A stretch of 63,991 bases of DNA, the filler included, from Octopus bimaculoides (lineage: Eukaryota), in the NCBI RefSeq assembly GCF_001194135.2. It is 5 parts of 3 records of this genome, joined end to end, with 100 filler letters (N's around TTAATTAATTAA, not from the genome) between each part and the next. Parts side by side here need not be neighbours in the genome. Positions count along the whole stretch, not along the records: positions 20,753 to 52,177 come from NC_068981.1; 4 more parts are not named here. One strand, written 5' to 3'. This document shows, in pieces, positions 24,201 through 36,341 of the stretch. The position numbers were made by a program, and so were the translations under genes. Below the pieces are notes generated by a model, which saw only the letters and a program-made list of their open reading frames with translations, was not told the origin of the DNA and searched no databases. Positions within the stretch are counted from its first letter, which is position 1. Each line of letters opens with the position of its first letter.

Positions 24201-24688
24201 ACATACATANNNNNNNNNNNNNNNNNNNNNNNNNNNNNNNNNNNNNNNNNNNNNNNNNNNNNNNNNNNNNNNNNNNNNNNNNNNNNNNNNNNNNNNNNNN
24301 NNNNNNNNNNNNNNNNNNNNNNNNNNNNNNNNNNNNNNNNNNNNNNNNNNNNNNNNNNNNNNNNNNNNNNNNNNNNNNNNNNNNNNNNNNNNNNNNNNNN
24401 NNNNNNNNNNNNNNNNNNNNNNNNNNNNNNNNNNNNNNNNNNNNNNNNNNNNNNNNNNNNNNNNNNNNNNNTATATATATATGCGAAGCATACTTATACA
24501 GACGAAGTAGAAGTAAAAAGAACAAACTAGCTGCATATTTGTTGTATAATTGCATCTAACCCGTTCATATATTCGATGACAAGCAGTGAAAATAATTAAC
24601 ATTTTTGGAAGTCTTTTAACTTTTATATGTGCGTCAGCAGTACAGCTCTCTTCATGTTGGTTTGGAACATGAGTTTCTGAGTAGCAAT

Positions 24689-24742
<54 letters not shown>

Positions 24743-25134
24743 GTGATTGCTCCACCTTCACAGGTTATTGCTGTCTTTTTATGCTTCCTATATGTCAGTG
24801 GCATTTCTGACTTTCTGTCCCATTGCAGATCTGCGTGATTTGAAGCATAGGAGACAGACGAAATTTTAAGGTGGAAGGTTAGTCATTGACATCGATTCCA
24901 GTACTTTTGACTGGTATTTTATTCTTAGTAAAACTGTAAAAACATTATTTACCGTTCGTTGACATCTTGCATTTTGGCTTCTTGTACATTCTATGCATCG
25001 ATAAACAATGCAAATTTTAGCCTTAGTCTGGTGTGTAATCGAATACACATTCGCAAATAGAAATACGTCTTGCTTTTCTTTAACATATCTCTGCGTAAGA
25101 AACAAGAACTGTTTCGAGTCCTAAGAATTATAGC

Positions 25135-25325
25135 GCCGGTTACCCAGTTTCCATGGCCTATAAGTGAACGTGATCACAACATTCCTCCAGAACTGGACAC
25201 CAGTCTGTTGCAAAGTTCACCTCTGAGTGAACTGGAGCAACGGGAAACGAAAACCACAACGCAAGCCTGGTCCGGAAATCGAAACCACAATTTCGCGATT
25301 GTGAGTGCAACACCCTAACTGTGAA
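25135..25325 (-). mobile_element. SINE family C-related copy
   Basis: CTGAGTGAACTGGAGCAACG..ACCACAACGC..GGAAATCGAAACCACAATTTCGCGATTGTGAGTGCAACACCCTAAC. Confidence 0.7.
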
Positions 25326-25554
25326 GACCACGCACCCTGATGTCTCTGTGTGAGCAGGATTAATTTTACGAATTAAATACATTTTTGTGTCACAACTTCC
25401 GCATCCGGTTTTACAATTTTCGAAAAAAATTAGCTTAGTCAATAGCAGCGCCATACATATGCGTGTGTGTGTGAATATATATATTTATATATAGACACAC
25501 ATATACATGTAAGTACACACACACACACATGCAGACGCGCGCGCGCATGCATAT

Positions 25555-25700
25555 GACAGGCTTCCACACTGTTTCTGTGTCTCGAATTCACTCATGGGGC
25601 ATTGTTTGGCCCCGAGCTATGTTAAAAGACACTACCTAAACTGCTATGCAATGGGACTGAATCCCAAACCAGGAGTTTGCCAAATGAGCTTCTTAACCAC
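25555..25700 (-). mobile_element. SINE family A-related 5' half, diverged
   Basis: TTCACTCATGGGGCATTG..AAGACACT..GGGACTGAATCCC..CTTCTTAACCAC. Confidence 0.65.
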
Positions 25701-25777
25701 AAACCTTTTTATTTTATTAATATTACTTTATTTCTGTTTTTATTCAACTTACTTTTATTTTTATTTTTTACAAACAT

Positions 25778-25941
25778 AGGCGTAGGAGTGGCTGTGTGGT
25801 AAGTACCTTGCTTACCAACCACATGGTTCCGGGTTCAGTCCCACTGCGTGACACCTTGGGCAAGTGTCTTCTACTATAGCCTCGGGCCGACCAAAGCCTT
25901 GTGAGTGGATTTGGTAGACGGAAACTGAAAGAAGCCCGTCG

Positions 25942-25972
<31 letters not shown>

Positions 25973-26185
25973 ATATATGTTTGTGTGTCTGTGTTTGTCC
26001 CCCCAACATCGCTTGACAACCGATGTTGGTGTGTTTAAGTCCCCGTAACTTAGCGGTTCGACAAAAGAGACCGATAGAATAAGTACTAGGCTTACAAAGA
26101 ATACGTCCTGGCATCGATTTGCTCGACTAAAGGCGGTGCTCCAGCATGGCCACAGTCAAATGACTGAAACAAGTAAAAGAGTAAA
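25778..26185 (+). mobile_element. SINE family A, best-preserved copy
   Basis: A box-like TGGCTGTGTGG, B box-like GGTTCAGTCCC, CORE-like GACACCTTGGGCAAGTGTCTT, internal (TA)n(TG)n, tail GGCGGTGCTCCAGCATGGCCACAGTCAAATGACTGAAACAAGTAAAAGAG. Confidence 0.95.
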
Positions 26186-26789
26186 CAGTTAACCTGGGAC
26201 AAAATATCCAATTTGTCCTCCTTTTCTAAAAATGTAGATCGTGATTTAGCACATTGAAGTTCCGTCGTTGAGTTGTGGACACTTTTTTGCTTGCTTTCCA
26301 TAATCGAGATGTATAAGACATCTCAGTCTCTTGCATATTAAAAAGATATTCAAGAATTATCTCTTATTCTTACATGAAGAAGCAAACAAAAAAAAGGAAG
26401 AAATAATATACTTCAGAAAGTGAAATTATCAGTACGACCCACACAATAAGCATTATTCTCCTTCTTATTGATGCTTGTGTAAATAGCAATATCCATGAAT
26501 AATCTTTTGTTCATGCACTGAATATATCTTCTCTTCAGTCCACTGAGTCTAAATCTGACAAAAGGTACTTTAGATACTGTCACGTAGAAGTTGTACTTCA
26601 GAAGTTGTGTCATATTCTAAATAATTTTTAGTTCTTTACCAATTCGAACGCTGATTACTTTCGCATGATTAAATAATATATATTTCATTTATTTATTCCC
26701 CGCTTTTTACCTTCTGTATTTTTATCATCGCGTTTGATTAATCCGATAAGGAAATTTATGATTTTTAGTTTAATTTGAGTCTCTACGCT

Positions 26790-27442
26790 TCGCCTGAGTG
26801 GAGCAGTGAGGAATGAATTAGTCTTTGCTTGGCAGAAGGGTTCCACCTGCAGTCTTTTGCCAACCAGAATCACTTTAAGCTGGCTTCAGCTGTCATGCCC
26901 ATTTCTTTAGTGACTTTTTTCATCTGTCTGGGTTCTAGACCAATTTCCTGCAGGAAATAACGCACCGACCCATCTCGAAAACTGCAGCAGCTGACTTCAG
27001 TAAGGAATGAGTCTGCGTAGCATCCCTTGTCAAGGCACTCGTCGATCAAGCCCCGATATCTGATATACTCTGGTTGGTGAGAAATGTCGAGTCTGTCTTC
27101 CCAGGGTACCGTAAATTCAGCTACGATGATTGTCTCGGCAACTCTCGAGAGCAGTATCATACTTAGTCAGAGTAATGCATCCACTACCTCCGCAAAAAAT
27201 TCGAGTCTGTCCTTCAGGTCCAGTTGCATCACCCAGTCTGAGGCTGTATGCAAAATAGAAAACAGGCTCCCTACTGCTGTTTTCGTCTTCTCGTTGTTGT
27301 TTAGCAAGTGTCTTCAACTATTGCTCTAGTCTAACCAATTTCATGTGAGTTATTGAATTTGGTAAACGGAAAAGGTAGAAGCATGTCATGTATGTGTATG
27401 TGAGTGTGTTTTTGTGTGTGTTTGTATGTAAATAAGCATGTA

Positions 27443-27495
<53 letters not shown>

Positions 27496-27945
27496 CGCGT
27501 GCGAGGGTGTGTCTGTCAAGTCACTTGAGAGGTTTCTGCTGAGTGCTGCTGGTAACAGAATCCAGTACAACCTGTTGCATAATCGGGTCTCTCACTGGAT
27601 GCTTGATTGAAACCCAACAGGACTAAAAAGAAGACCTGTCAAAGGACGGATGAACCAGCCCTCAGGAATTATGGGTTGGTGTCTGGTATGTTGAAAGATC
27701 ATTGGGAGTGAGGCACTACTCAGCTTTCTTTCTAGGAGAAGGTTACGCTGGTATAAAACCAAATATACAGGGAATGGCATTAAACATTTTGGAGATGTTT
27801 TGTTTGCGCTTGATATCATGGTGCTTGCACATTCCTAAGACTGCGATCCATATTGGCACAGATCTTGCCCTGGCTTGTCTTTGGATAATGTCAATAGGAT
27901 AGAGGAGGTTTGTCAGGTGTTGTACAAGCCTCATTGGATCTAAAA
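26790..27945 (-). mobile_element. Hero/NeSL-like non-LTR retrotransposon 3' part (RT C-terminus and restriction-like endonuclease), decayed and interrupted by a (TG)n tract
   Basis: ILLSRVAETIIVAEFTVPWEDRLDISHQ..YRGLIDECLDKG..EVSCCSF matches the Hero-type ELTVPWE..KYxxLxxEC..EVGCRGF endonuclease. Upstream remnants PGQDLCQYG and ..LLLERKLS.. match the Hero RT C-terminal region. Confidence 0.8.
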
Positions 27946-28139
27946 TTTTAGATTACGCGATCGCCAGCCAGGCGACTTTTCGATACCCGGTCGAGTAAAA
28001 GAGCCCCGCGTTAAGCATAGAAGCCGCGGGCGTTAGCCCGGGTGAAGCCGACCGCGGGTGCAATAACCCTATGCAGAGACATTACTGACATTTTGCATGA
28101 GCAATGGTCAGTGATGGTCTTCTTCGGTCACGAGTGGCC

Positions 28140-28375
28140 AACTATCATATACAATGTATGTACGTATGTGTGTGTGTATGTGCGTGTGTGTTCGTCCCGT
28201 CATCGCTAGACAGCCGGTGTTAGTTTACGTTTCTGTAACTTTACCGATAGTATAAGCACCAAACTTTAAGGAAATACTAGAGGGCGCGATTTGTTCGACT
28301 GACCCTGCAAGCCGGTGCTCCAACACGACCGCCGGCCAATGATTGAAACAACTAAAAGAGTAAAAGCGTAAAATG
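28140..28375 (+). mobile_element. SINE family A, diverged 3' half
   Basis: CATCGCTAGACAGCCGGTG..GATTTGTTCGACTGA..GGTGCTCCAACACGACCG..GATTGAAACAACTAAAAGAGTAAAAG. Confidence 0.75.
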
Positions 28376-28792
28376 ATGTACTAAAGGCAACATTTTTCTA
28401 ATGCATCCATTAGTTTTTAAGACATTAGTGTATGATGATTTGAAACATCTTCGAGCTTTTCCAAGATCTGTCTATCAGAACTTCGTGGCTCTCATTTCCC
28501 TGAGCACACGTAGACCGTACGAACGAACATTATATAATCATTTCCAATGTAGTGTCACCTTCTGTTAATGTCGTATAAATAGAAATTAAAAGCATTAACA
28601 GTAGTAAAAGTAACAGCGGCAGTAGCATTAGCAGTAGCAATAACGACAGCTTTCTATTTCGAAGTTGAGCAGCAATTGTAAGCTGTTTTGACTAACTACT
28701 TGATTGTTCAGGATGATAGACAGACATATAGATAGATAGATAGATAGATATAAAGACAGAGAGATAGATAGAGGTAGGGGTAAAGAGGGGGG

Positions 28793-28842
<50 letters not shown>

Positions 28843-29326
28843 GTTTTTACTTTCTTTGTTGTTTGTCCTATGAGTGAATAAAAAGAGAAGACTAACTGAA
28901 AACCACTAAGTGACCAGCGATAGCTGTCAGAGTGACGCCACTGTTTGTCGGAGAGAACGAGACTAAATGACTACGATGAGATAGGTCGTCGACTTTCAAA
29001 AATAAATAGAAAACAAAATGGAAAAAGAAAAAGAACGAAACAAAAACAAAAAGAAAAGAAAAAACGTTGAACAGTAGTAATTCTAACGGTATCAAAAGAA
29101 GCCTGTATGTCTGCTGCTACAAACTACACTCGCTCATTCACTTAGACACACGCACACGCACCCACATACGCATACACTTGCACACACACACATACTCACA
29201 GAGCAGCCCACACGCACAAACAGGCAGTCACATGCGTATGCACACACTCTTTCACATGCAGGCACGTACACACGTATACACGCATACACACAGACACACG
29301 TATACCCACAAAATTACAATGTGAAG

Positions 29327-29369
<43 letters not shown>

Positions 29370-29524
29370 CGTGTTTCCTTGTGAGTGTGTGACTGTAGGC
29401 GTGAATGTGTGCATGTGAGGGAAGGTGTCTGAGTGAGTATGTAAGGGTAGGTGTGTACTGATGGCGGCTCTCTGTCTGGCTATACCAGACAGAAAAAGCC
29501 AGACGGACGGACGAATAAACAAAA

Positions 29525-29603
<79 letters not shown>

Positions 29604-29764
29604 CGAGAGAGAAAGAGCGTGAGAGAGAAAGAGAGCGAGAAAGAAAGTGTGTGTGTGTGTGTGTGTGTGTGTGAGTGAGTGTGCGTATAAGAAAATATCC
29701 AAATTACATAGTAACAATAATGAAAAAGGAGGAGTGACTAAGAAATGTAATAATAATATTCCTT

Positions 29765-30085
29765 TCTACTATAGGCACAACGCCTGACATTTTAACGGCA
29801 GGGGGTTTGTCTATTACATTGATCCAGTGCTCAATTGGTGCTTATTATCGATCCCGAAAGAAGAAAAGGTAAAGTCGACCTCGGCGGAATTTGAATTCAG
29901 AACGTTAAGCCAATAGATAATATGGTATTCAAATTTTGGCATATGGCCAGCAATTTTAAAGGGAGGGTGGGGTTGTCGATTACATAGATCCCCAGTGCTC
30001 AACTGGTACTTATTTTATCGATCTGAAAAGGATGAAAGGCAAAATCGACCGCAGCGGAATTTTGAACTCAGAATGTAAAGCAGGT
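29765..30085 (-). mobile_element. Two head-to-tail SINE family B copies
   Basis: Two GGCGGAATTTGAA(C/T)TCAGAA bodies with different tails (AGGCACAACGCCTGAC; CAAATTTTGGCATATGGCCAGCAATT). Confidence 0.8.
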
Positions 30086-30844
30086 AAATCATAATATATT
30101 TTTTTAAAGACCTAATATAAACACAAGGTCACATATTTTGTGGTAGGGAATAGTTAATTTAAATTAATCCTCATGTTTACATACAAGACCCAGGAATGCG
30201 TCTTATATGTAAATTGGTTTATCTAATAACTAAACACCACTGTATGCGGAGGCTATATAAGCAATGTGTTCGGAGGCAAAGGTGGGTTAGATAAGTGCTG
30301 AAGAAGGGACGACAACCCTCGGAATATGACATATATACTCATTACCCACTTTTGTCTTCGATCACATTATATGCTTACATCTGACGTTTCGATACGAAGC
30401 GTTATAGCAAAAATCAGTGCTGGCTATAAGTTCTATAGAATATCTGAAGAAATAACCTTAACAAAATAATCCTAAAGTATCACTACCAAAACTTTCTCTA
30501 TCGACCTGGCAGACGAAGTCAACCACCGCACATTCTGAACTCATTTCGTATTGAGCCACGCTGTTGTAACTGTCCTACGGAAAGTAATGCATATAATTGA
30601 AGTAGTGTCTTGTAATATAAAAAAGAAAGTAAGAACGACGTTTCAGACGCGTTAGTTCTTCTTCTTCTTCTTCTTCTTGGAGAGTGAGAGAGAAAGAAGA
30701 GAAATTCATCATACTAGGACGCAAAATCGAAGATTTATACGATAGCCAACCGCTGTGATATTTGATTTCCAAGCACAACAGGCCGTAAATATACTCTCCA
30801 CTCTCTTCCGATTCATGTTATCCTTTTTCTATCGGCAGTGATTT

Positions 30845-30985
30845 TGCAGAATCGTTCGTTACAGCACAGGATAAAATATCTTACTGTGTTTGTTCGGGTT
30901 CTTCGCATTCTGAGTTCAAATCTTGCCGAGGTCAACTTTCCTTTTCATCCTTTTCAGGGTCGATAAATAAAGTACGCGTCCAGCG
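30845..30985 (+). mobile_element. SINE family B
   Basis: GCAGAATCGTT..TTCTGAGTTCAAATCTTGCCGAGGTCAACTTTCCTTTTCATCC..GGGTCGATAAATAAAGTAC. Confidence 0.8.
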
Positions 30986-31994
30986 TGATAGATTGGCAGA
31001 ATTATTAGTGACTCAAACGAGATAACTTGTGATATGTTTCTGATTGTTTGCATGCTGAACTCTTGAGCTTAATACAAGCATTTGGCACCTTGGATACCCC
31101 TCTTGAAGTATCCGAGCCAGGTCTCTAGTTTGAAAATGTCTTTCTCCTTTCCTCTTCCCAGAAGCCTCGGAGGCCCTGGGTGAAAAAAAAAATGGAAAAC
31201 AAACGGGCATGAGCTCTGTTCGTCCTTCTTCTTCAAAAAGGTAACGAAACAAAATGTTGTTTAATTAACATGACTTCTAATTATTACTTAGACTATTCAT
31301 TAAAGCTTCATCCATATGCAAATTTTGTATTTATTTGATTCTCTGTCAGTTGAATTTCTAACAGATGTCATACGTGATTTTGTACGTGTCCATCTTTGTA
31401 ACACCTGTTAGGAAATGAAACACGTATAAACGGGGAATAAATAATGTCCCAAAAAGTTTTGTAATCTCCTATTTTGATATGTAATTACTCTGCTAAAACT
31501 ATTTTCAGTATCTCTCAATTCCTATGCATGCCTCTCGCAAATACAACATCTACATACCATATTCCAACACTCCAAAATAGTATGTAGATGTTGTATTTCA
31601 TTCTTCTTCTTCTTCTTCTTCTTCTTCTTTGTTATTTGATGACAGAAGAAGGAGAGAGAGAGGTAAGAGGGATTAGGAGGGGTGGATGAAGGGATGAACG
31701 CCAGGGACTTTAAAATAGGAGAAACATCAAAATATTTGATGTTAAATAAGTTCATGTCGAATTAGCGGTTGTGCCAAATAGGTCTCGTACCCATCATTTT
31801 AGTAACGAACGGGACTTTCCCCCCCGAAAACATTCATTTGGTACCAAATTTGTTGGTGATGCATTCAGCAAATATTTTAACCCATATTTAAGGGTAATAT
31901 TCAACTCTATGACTTTTCAATGACATATCTTGCTTTGTTTTTTTCTTTTGTTTTGTTTTGTGTGTGTGTGTTTTTAAATTAATGTTAGTATTTA

Positions 31995-32390
31995 ATAAGT
32001 CTTTCTTATTATAAGCACAAAGCCTGAAATTTGGCGGATAAGGGTATTTCGATTACACCAACTACTGTGCTCACCTGGTACTTATTTTATCGACTCGGTG
32101 GAATTTGAACTCGTTCGAAATGCCTCTAAGCATTTTGTCCGGTGTGCTAACGATTCTGACAGCTCACTCACTCGCTTTAATAGTGGTTTCAAATTTTGGT
32201 ACAAGGCCAGCAATTTCAGAATAGGAGATAAGTCGGTTACATCGATCCAGTGCTTAACTGGTTCTTATTTCATCGACCCCGATAGAATGAAAGGCAAAGT
32301 TGACCTCGGCGGAATTTGAACTCAGAACAGACAAAATGCCCCTAAGCATTTTGCTCGGCGTGCTTAACAATTTTGCCAGCTCGCCGCCTT
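31995..32390 (-). mobile_element. Two head-to-tail SINE family B copies
   Basis: Both carry CTAAGCATTTTG..GTGCT..AC.ATT.TG.CAGCTC heads; same two tail types as at 29765-30085. Confidence 0.85.
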
Positions 32391-32713
32391 TCTGACATTT
32401 GATACTGAAAGGATTTATACAACGGAAGTATTCGATAACGAAACTATTAATACCCTTAATCATATCCTCGATATCCTTCCATATTTAAAGTTGTTGACTG
32501 TAAATCGACAGGAATCGTGCTCAGCGGTAGTGTCAAACGGATTAATGATAGCAATAAAAATTTAATTAAAAATTATGATACCATATTTAATTAAAATAGA
32601 TAGCATTGCAATATTACAATATTATATTTACAAAATAATGGAAAATTTATATGTAACGATCATTGTACCAAATGTTCTCTCAAATGATTTCTCTGCTTCC
32701 TGGAGAGCAGAGT

Positions 32714-32786
32714 GATTAATTATCTCAGTTGAGAGCGCGTTAAATCGATAATCTGAAGGTCTCTGGTTCGATCCTGAGTCTTAGAA
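32714..32786 (+). pseudogene. Decayed tRNA-Phe(GAA)-derived sequence
   Basis: Aligns without indels over 73 nt to the eukaryotic tRNA-Phe layout: TA-TCTC-AGTTGAGA-GCGC-G-TTAAA-TCGATAA-TCTGA-AGGTC-TCTGG-TTCGATC-CTGAG. B box GGTTCGATCC intact; acceptor stem and anticodon loop mutated. Confidence 0.7.
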
Positions 32787-32894
32787 ATTTTATGAGGCTT
32801 CTGTATTTTTCTTAAAATTATTTCTGAAGCAGATTTCTTAAAATTATTTCTGATCCAGATTTCTTTAGTTTGATTTATTTATCGAGTGTAATAG

Positions 32895-33050
32895 AAGAAG
32901 TAAGTAACTTAGCGGTTCGGCAAGTGAGACCGATAGAATAAGTACAAGGCTTACAAAGAATAAGTCCTGGGGTCGATTTGCTCGACTTAAAGGCGATGCT
33001 CCAGCATGGCCACAGTCAAATGACTGAAACAAATAAGAGAATAAAAGAAT
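32895..33050 (+). mobile_element. SINE family A, 3' half (5'-truncated)
   Basis: GTAACTTAGCGGTTCGGCAAG..GGTCGATTTGCTCGAC..GCTCCAGCATGGCCACAGTCAAATGACTGAAAC. Confidence 0.9.
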
Positions 33051-35230
33051 ATATATATATAAATTAGATAGATAGATAGACAAACTTACTTGGAAATGGA
33101 TGTGTGGCGTTCAATCATATAATAATATAAATAATAGGCGTAGGAGTGGCTGTGTATATTATTAAGTATACAATTAATAATAATATTAGTGGCTATTCAA
33201 AGTGTGAACTGTGCAGGCAAATTTTAAAACTTTTTAATTCTTATCGCTTGCCCGATTTTTCACCATGCTTGTTCATAAAGTGAGTTCTCTGCGGCTTCCG
33301 AAATCATTTGACTTCTATTTCTAGCTAAGCTGGTACTATTCCAGTACCATCATATGTGTGTGCGCGTATGTATTAATCGAAGTGTACAGTATTATGTATA
33401 TTCATTACAGTTGATCTTATCAATCGGTTTCGCACAAGCGTTTCAACGAAGTGTTAGATAACCGAATAATGTGACCCTGTGCTCTTCAGAGATGGTAGTT
33501 ATGGAATGAAATATGGCGACTCCTCTCTATTGTTGGAGGTGAAAAGATACGTCCAGTTTGTGATTGCTGTGAAAAAGACGACGGAACGAATCGGGCAAGG
33601 TTAATTTAAACGTTTTATCTCTTGGCATCAGAAAACCGCTTGTAGGGATGAAAAGTGCATATGGGAAAAGTGTGTATGTTTTAGATTTGGTGTTCTTGTA
33701 GAGTTGTAATGTATGCAGTGATACTATATATATATAGCGTTTTGGTGGGGTGAATGGAAGCAAAGCCGTATAAGCATATGTGTGTTCATTTGTGGTTTTT
33801 TTTTTGCTTTTTTTTGTCAATATCGCCAGCCCTTCAGCTTCGGCCCTCTCACTACCAAACCTGGGAATCCGGCAAAGAGCTTGACCAGAACATTGACGAA
33901 CGCACTTAGAGACACTCACGCGCCATAGCACGGCGGACATCTGCCCAACATAGCCTTTCCCACCTCCAATATAAGCCCCTAAACATATTGTACCCCTACA
34001 TACACTCAATATCTACATAAATGCTCTAGAGAATTTAACCAAAGAATTTAACCAAAACATAAGCAAAAGAAGTTTTTAAAATTCATAATCTGGTTCTGTA
34101 TTTCTTTTGTATCTTTTTTTTTTTGTTAACCCTGCTCTTGCTGTTGCTGCCGTTCCTTTTGTTTTTTTAATTTTTTTATGCTGTCCTTCTTTAAGTCCAA
34201 GTCTACTCCGATTAGTGAGACGTATGACAGTTTGTCATGAGTAGGTAAAGCTGTAAGGAGACGCACAGATTTCAATAATGAAATTAGTTTTTAAACCTTT
34301 GAAAAGTTTTCCAGTTCTGCGGAAAACGAAGAATTACATTAATGTAAAGTTTATTTTGTTTCCACATTTAAAAAAAAGAGAGACTAGAAGGTAAAAACTT
34401 TAGTTCACTAATATTTTACGGGATGTCTGGTATTAGTTATTTTGAGAACGTCCGACCTAAGGCACGTAAATAGAGGGCTGAATGATTTGCTACGAACCCA
34501 GGATTAATGTTTCCTTGTTAAGTATTTATCATTCGACCGAATTTCCAGTTATCATACGTTCTTCTTTCTTTCTTTTTTTTTTTTTTTGAAGCAAAATATA
34601 TCTAAGACTACATTATTTAGGACTACATTATCATTTTCGTTTGAAGACGATTGTGTGTGATTAAAGGGCGATTTATCTACTGTTTTCAATATAGGTCTAA
34701 TGACTGCGTATATGTTTCTTCATTGGCTCATAGCCTAGTTAGTTTTCTTCGTAAGTTTTAAAGAACCCTTAATGAAGTCTTATGGTGACTATCATCCACT
34801 TTTATAACTATTGACGAGCGAATCTAGAAAACAATTTCAGTAACTTTTGTGTATAATAATCATACTTCATTCTGTTATCTACAAAGAGTGTAATGTTATA
34901 TCGTGTGATGTTAACAAATAAATGTCAATTGACTCATTTAAAGCCAGTTTAGCGGAATCTAGATGGCACGATGAAAAAAACATAAGTTAATAATCGCGGA
35001 AAAGTTTAACATACAATAACAATCGATTTTCCTTTGAAGACTAGATAAGAAAATATTGAATGGGCAAAATAATGATCGGCGAGAGGATGCAAAGATCATT
35101 GAAATCAATTTGATGACATAGCGGTATCGCGTTTTGGAAATATTAACATAGGTGTCGGTATGGCTGTATGATTAGGAAGTTCGCTTCGTAAGCATTGAAA
35201 TTTCGTATACAGAAATTATACAGGAGCTTG

Positions 35231-35264
<34 letters not shown>

Positions 35265-35350
35265 TGTATGTATGCATGTGTATGTGTGTACGTATGTGTG
35301 TATGTAGTATGCACTAATGCATGTATACATGTACGTTTGCATGTATGTGC

Positions 35351-35431
<81 letters not shown>

Positions 35432-35556
35432 TGTATATATATATATATATATGCATGTATATATATATATATGCATGTATATATATATATGCATGTATGT
35501 ATATATATATGTATGTATGTATGTATTTATTTATTTATATGCATGCATATCTATAT

Positions 35557-35635
<79 letters not shown>

Positions 35636-35643
35636 AGCATACG

Positions 35644-36083
35644 TATAACTTGAGGGTAGGAAAAGAATGTAACAGAAGTTTAGATCACAAGAGATCAAAA
35701 AAAGATCGATTGAGGAATGTTCATAATGGTTGTGATATATGTTGGTATTCTCCCGGAACATTTATGACTCCGTATTATCTGCTGAAGATGGAATGGATTG
35801 CCACCAAAATGCTGGCCATGGACTCCTTGCAGGGAATGGCACCAACTGCACATCTATTCTTGAAACAACTGTAAGGTAACACGTGCACATTTTCCTTATC
35901 TAGCTTTAGATTCTACTTACGACAACCTGCCTTAGCCTACAATCTAATATCAATAATACGGCCTTATCTTATAAGTGTTCCCGGAGAATACCAGCATAAG
36001 TCATAATTATAAACTCAACCTATTTTTTATCGATGTCTAGTGATCTAAGCTCTTGTAACACTCATTTCTACCCTCAAGTTATA
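35644..36083. mobile_element. Foldback MITE with long (about 135 bp) imperfect TIRs
   Basis: TATAACTTGAGGGTAG (35644-35659) is exactly inverted at 36068-36083. Inner arms TGGTATTCTCCCGGAACATTTA / TAAGTGTTCCCGGAGAATACCA are also inverted. Both ends are TA-rich, so a TA TSD is possible. Confidence 0.8.
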
Positions 36084-36341
36084 TCGATGCATACATAAAT
36101 GTCATAATCTGACCTAATACCACTCGTTTGCCTGTTTGTACCATTATACATCTACCAGTTCGAATGAGACACTGCCTACAGCCAATCTTCAGTAGGCAGC
36201 TTTAGACGTCGTCGTCGTTCTCGTCCCCATCAGAGGAGAGGGGCAGTTGCATCGCCCTGCATTAGTTGCATTTCAAGCTTGAGTTTAGGCAGGAAGTCTA
36301 TTTAAGTAATAATTATATGTACAACATTATATATAGGAATG

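Noticed and set aside
24829-24870. 42-nt exon candidate with a strong acceptor (CTTTCTGTCCCATTGCAG)
   Set aside because: Stop codons occur in all three frames and the donor is weak; it could only be non-coding.
27961-28080. Assignment of the GC-rich module to HDV, twister or pistol ribozyme classes
   Set aside because: I could not place P3/L3 (HDV), the P4/L4 pseudoknots (twister) or P1 (pistol). It is kept only as an unclassified structure.
30176-30213. 14-bp hairpin TTTACATACAAGAC/GTCTTATATGTAAA
   Set aside because: The stem is too short for a pre-miRNA and does not extend; expected by chance in AT-rich DNA.
33527-34009. 160-aa minus-strand ORF and nearby plus-strand acceptor near 33826
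   Set aside because: No recognisable domain, it crosses poly-T tracts, and splice support is insufficient.
34458-34466. miR-124 5' match TAAGGCACG
   Set aside because: Only the seed region matches; the rest of the mature sequence and the hairpin are absent.
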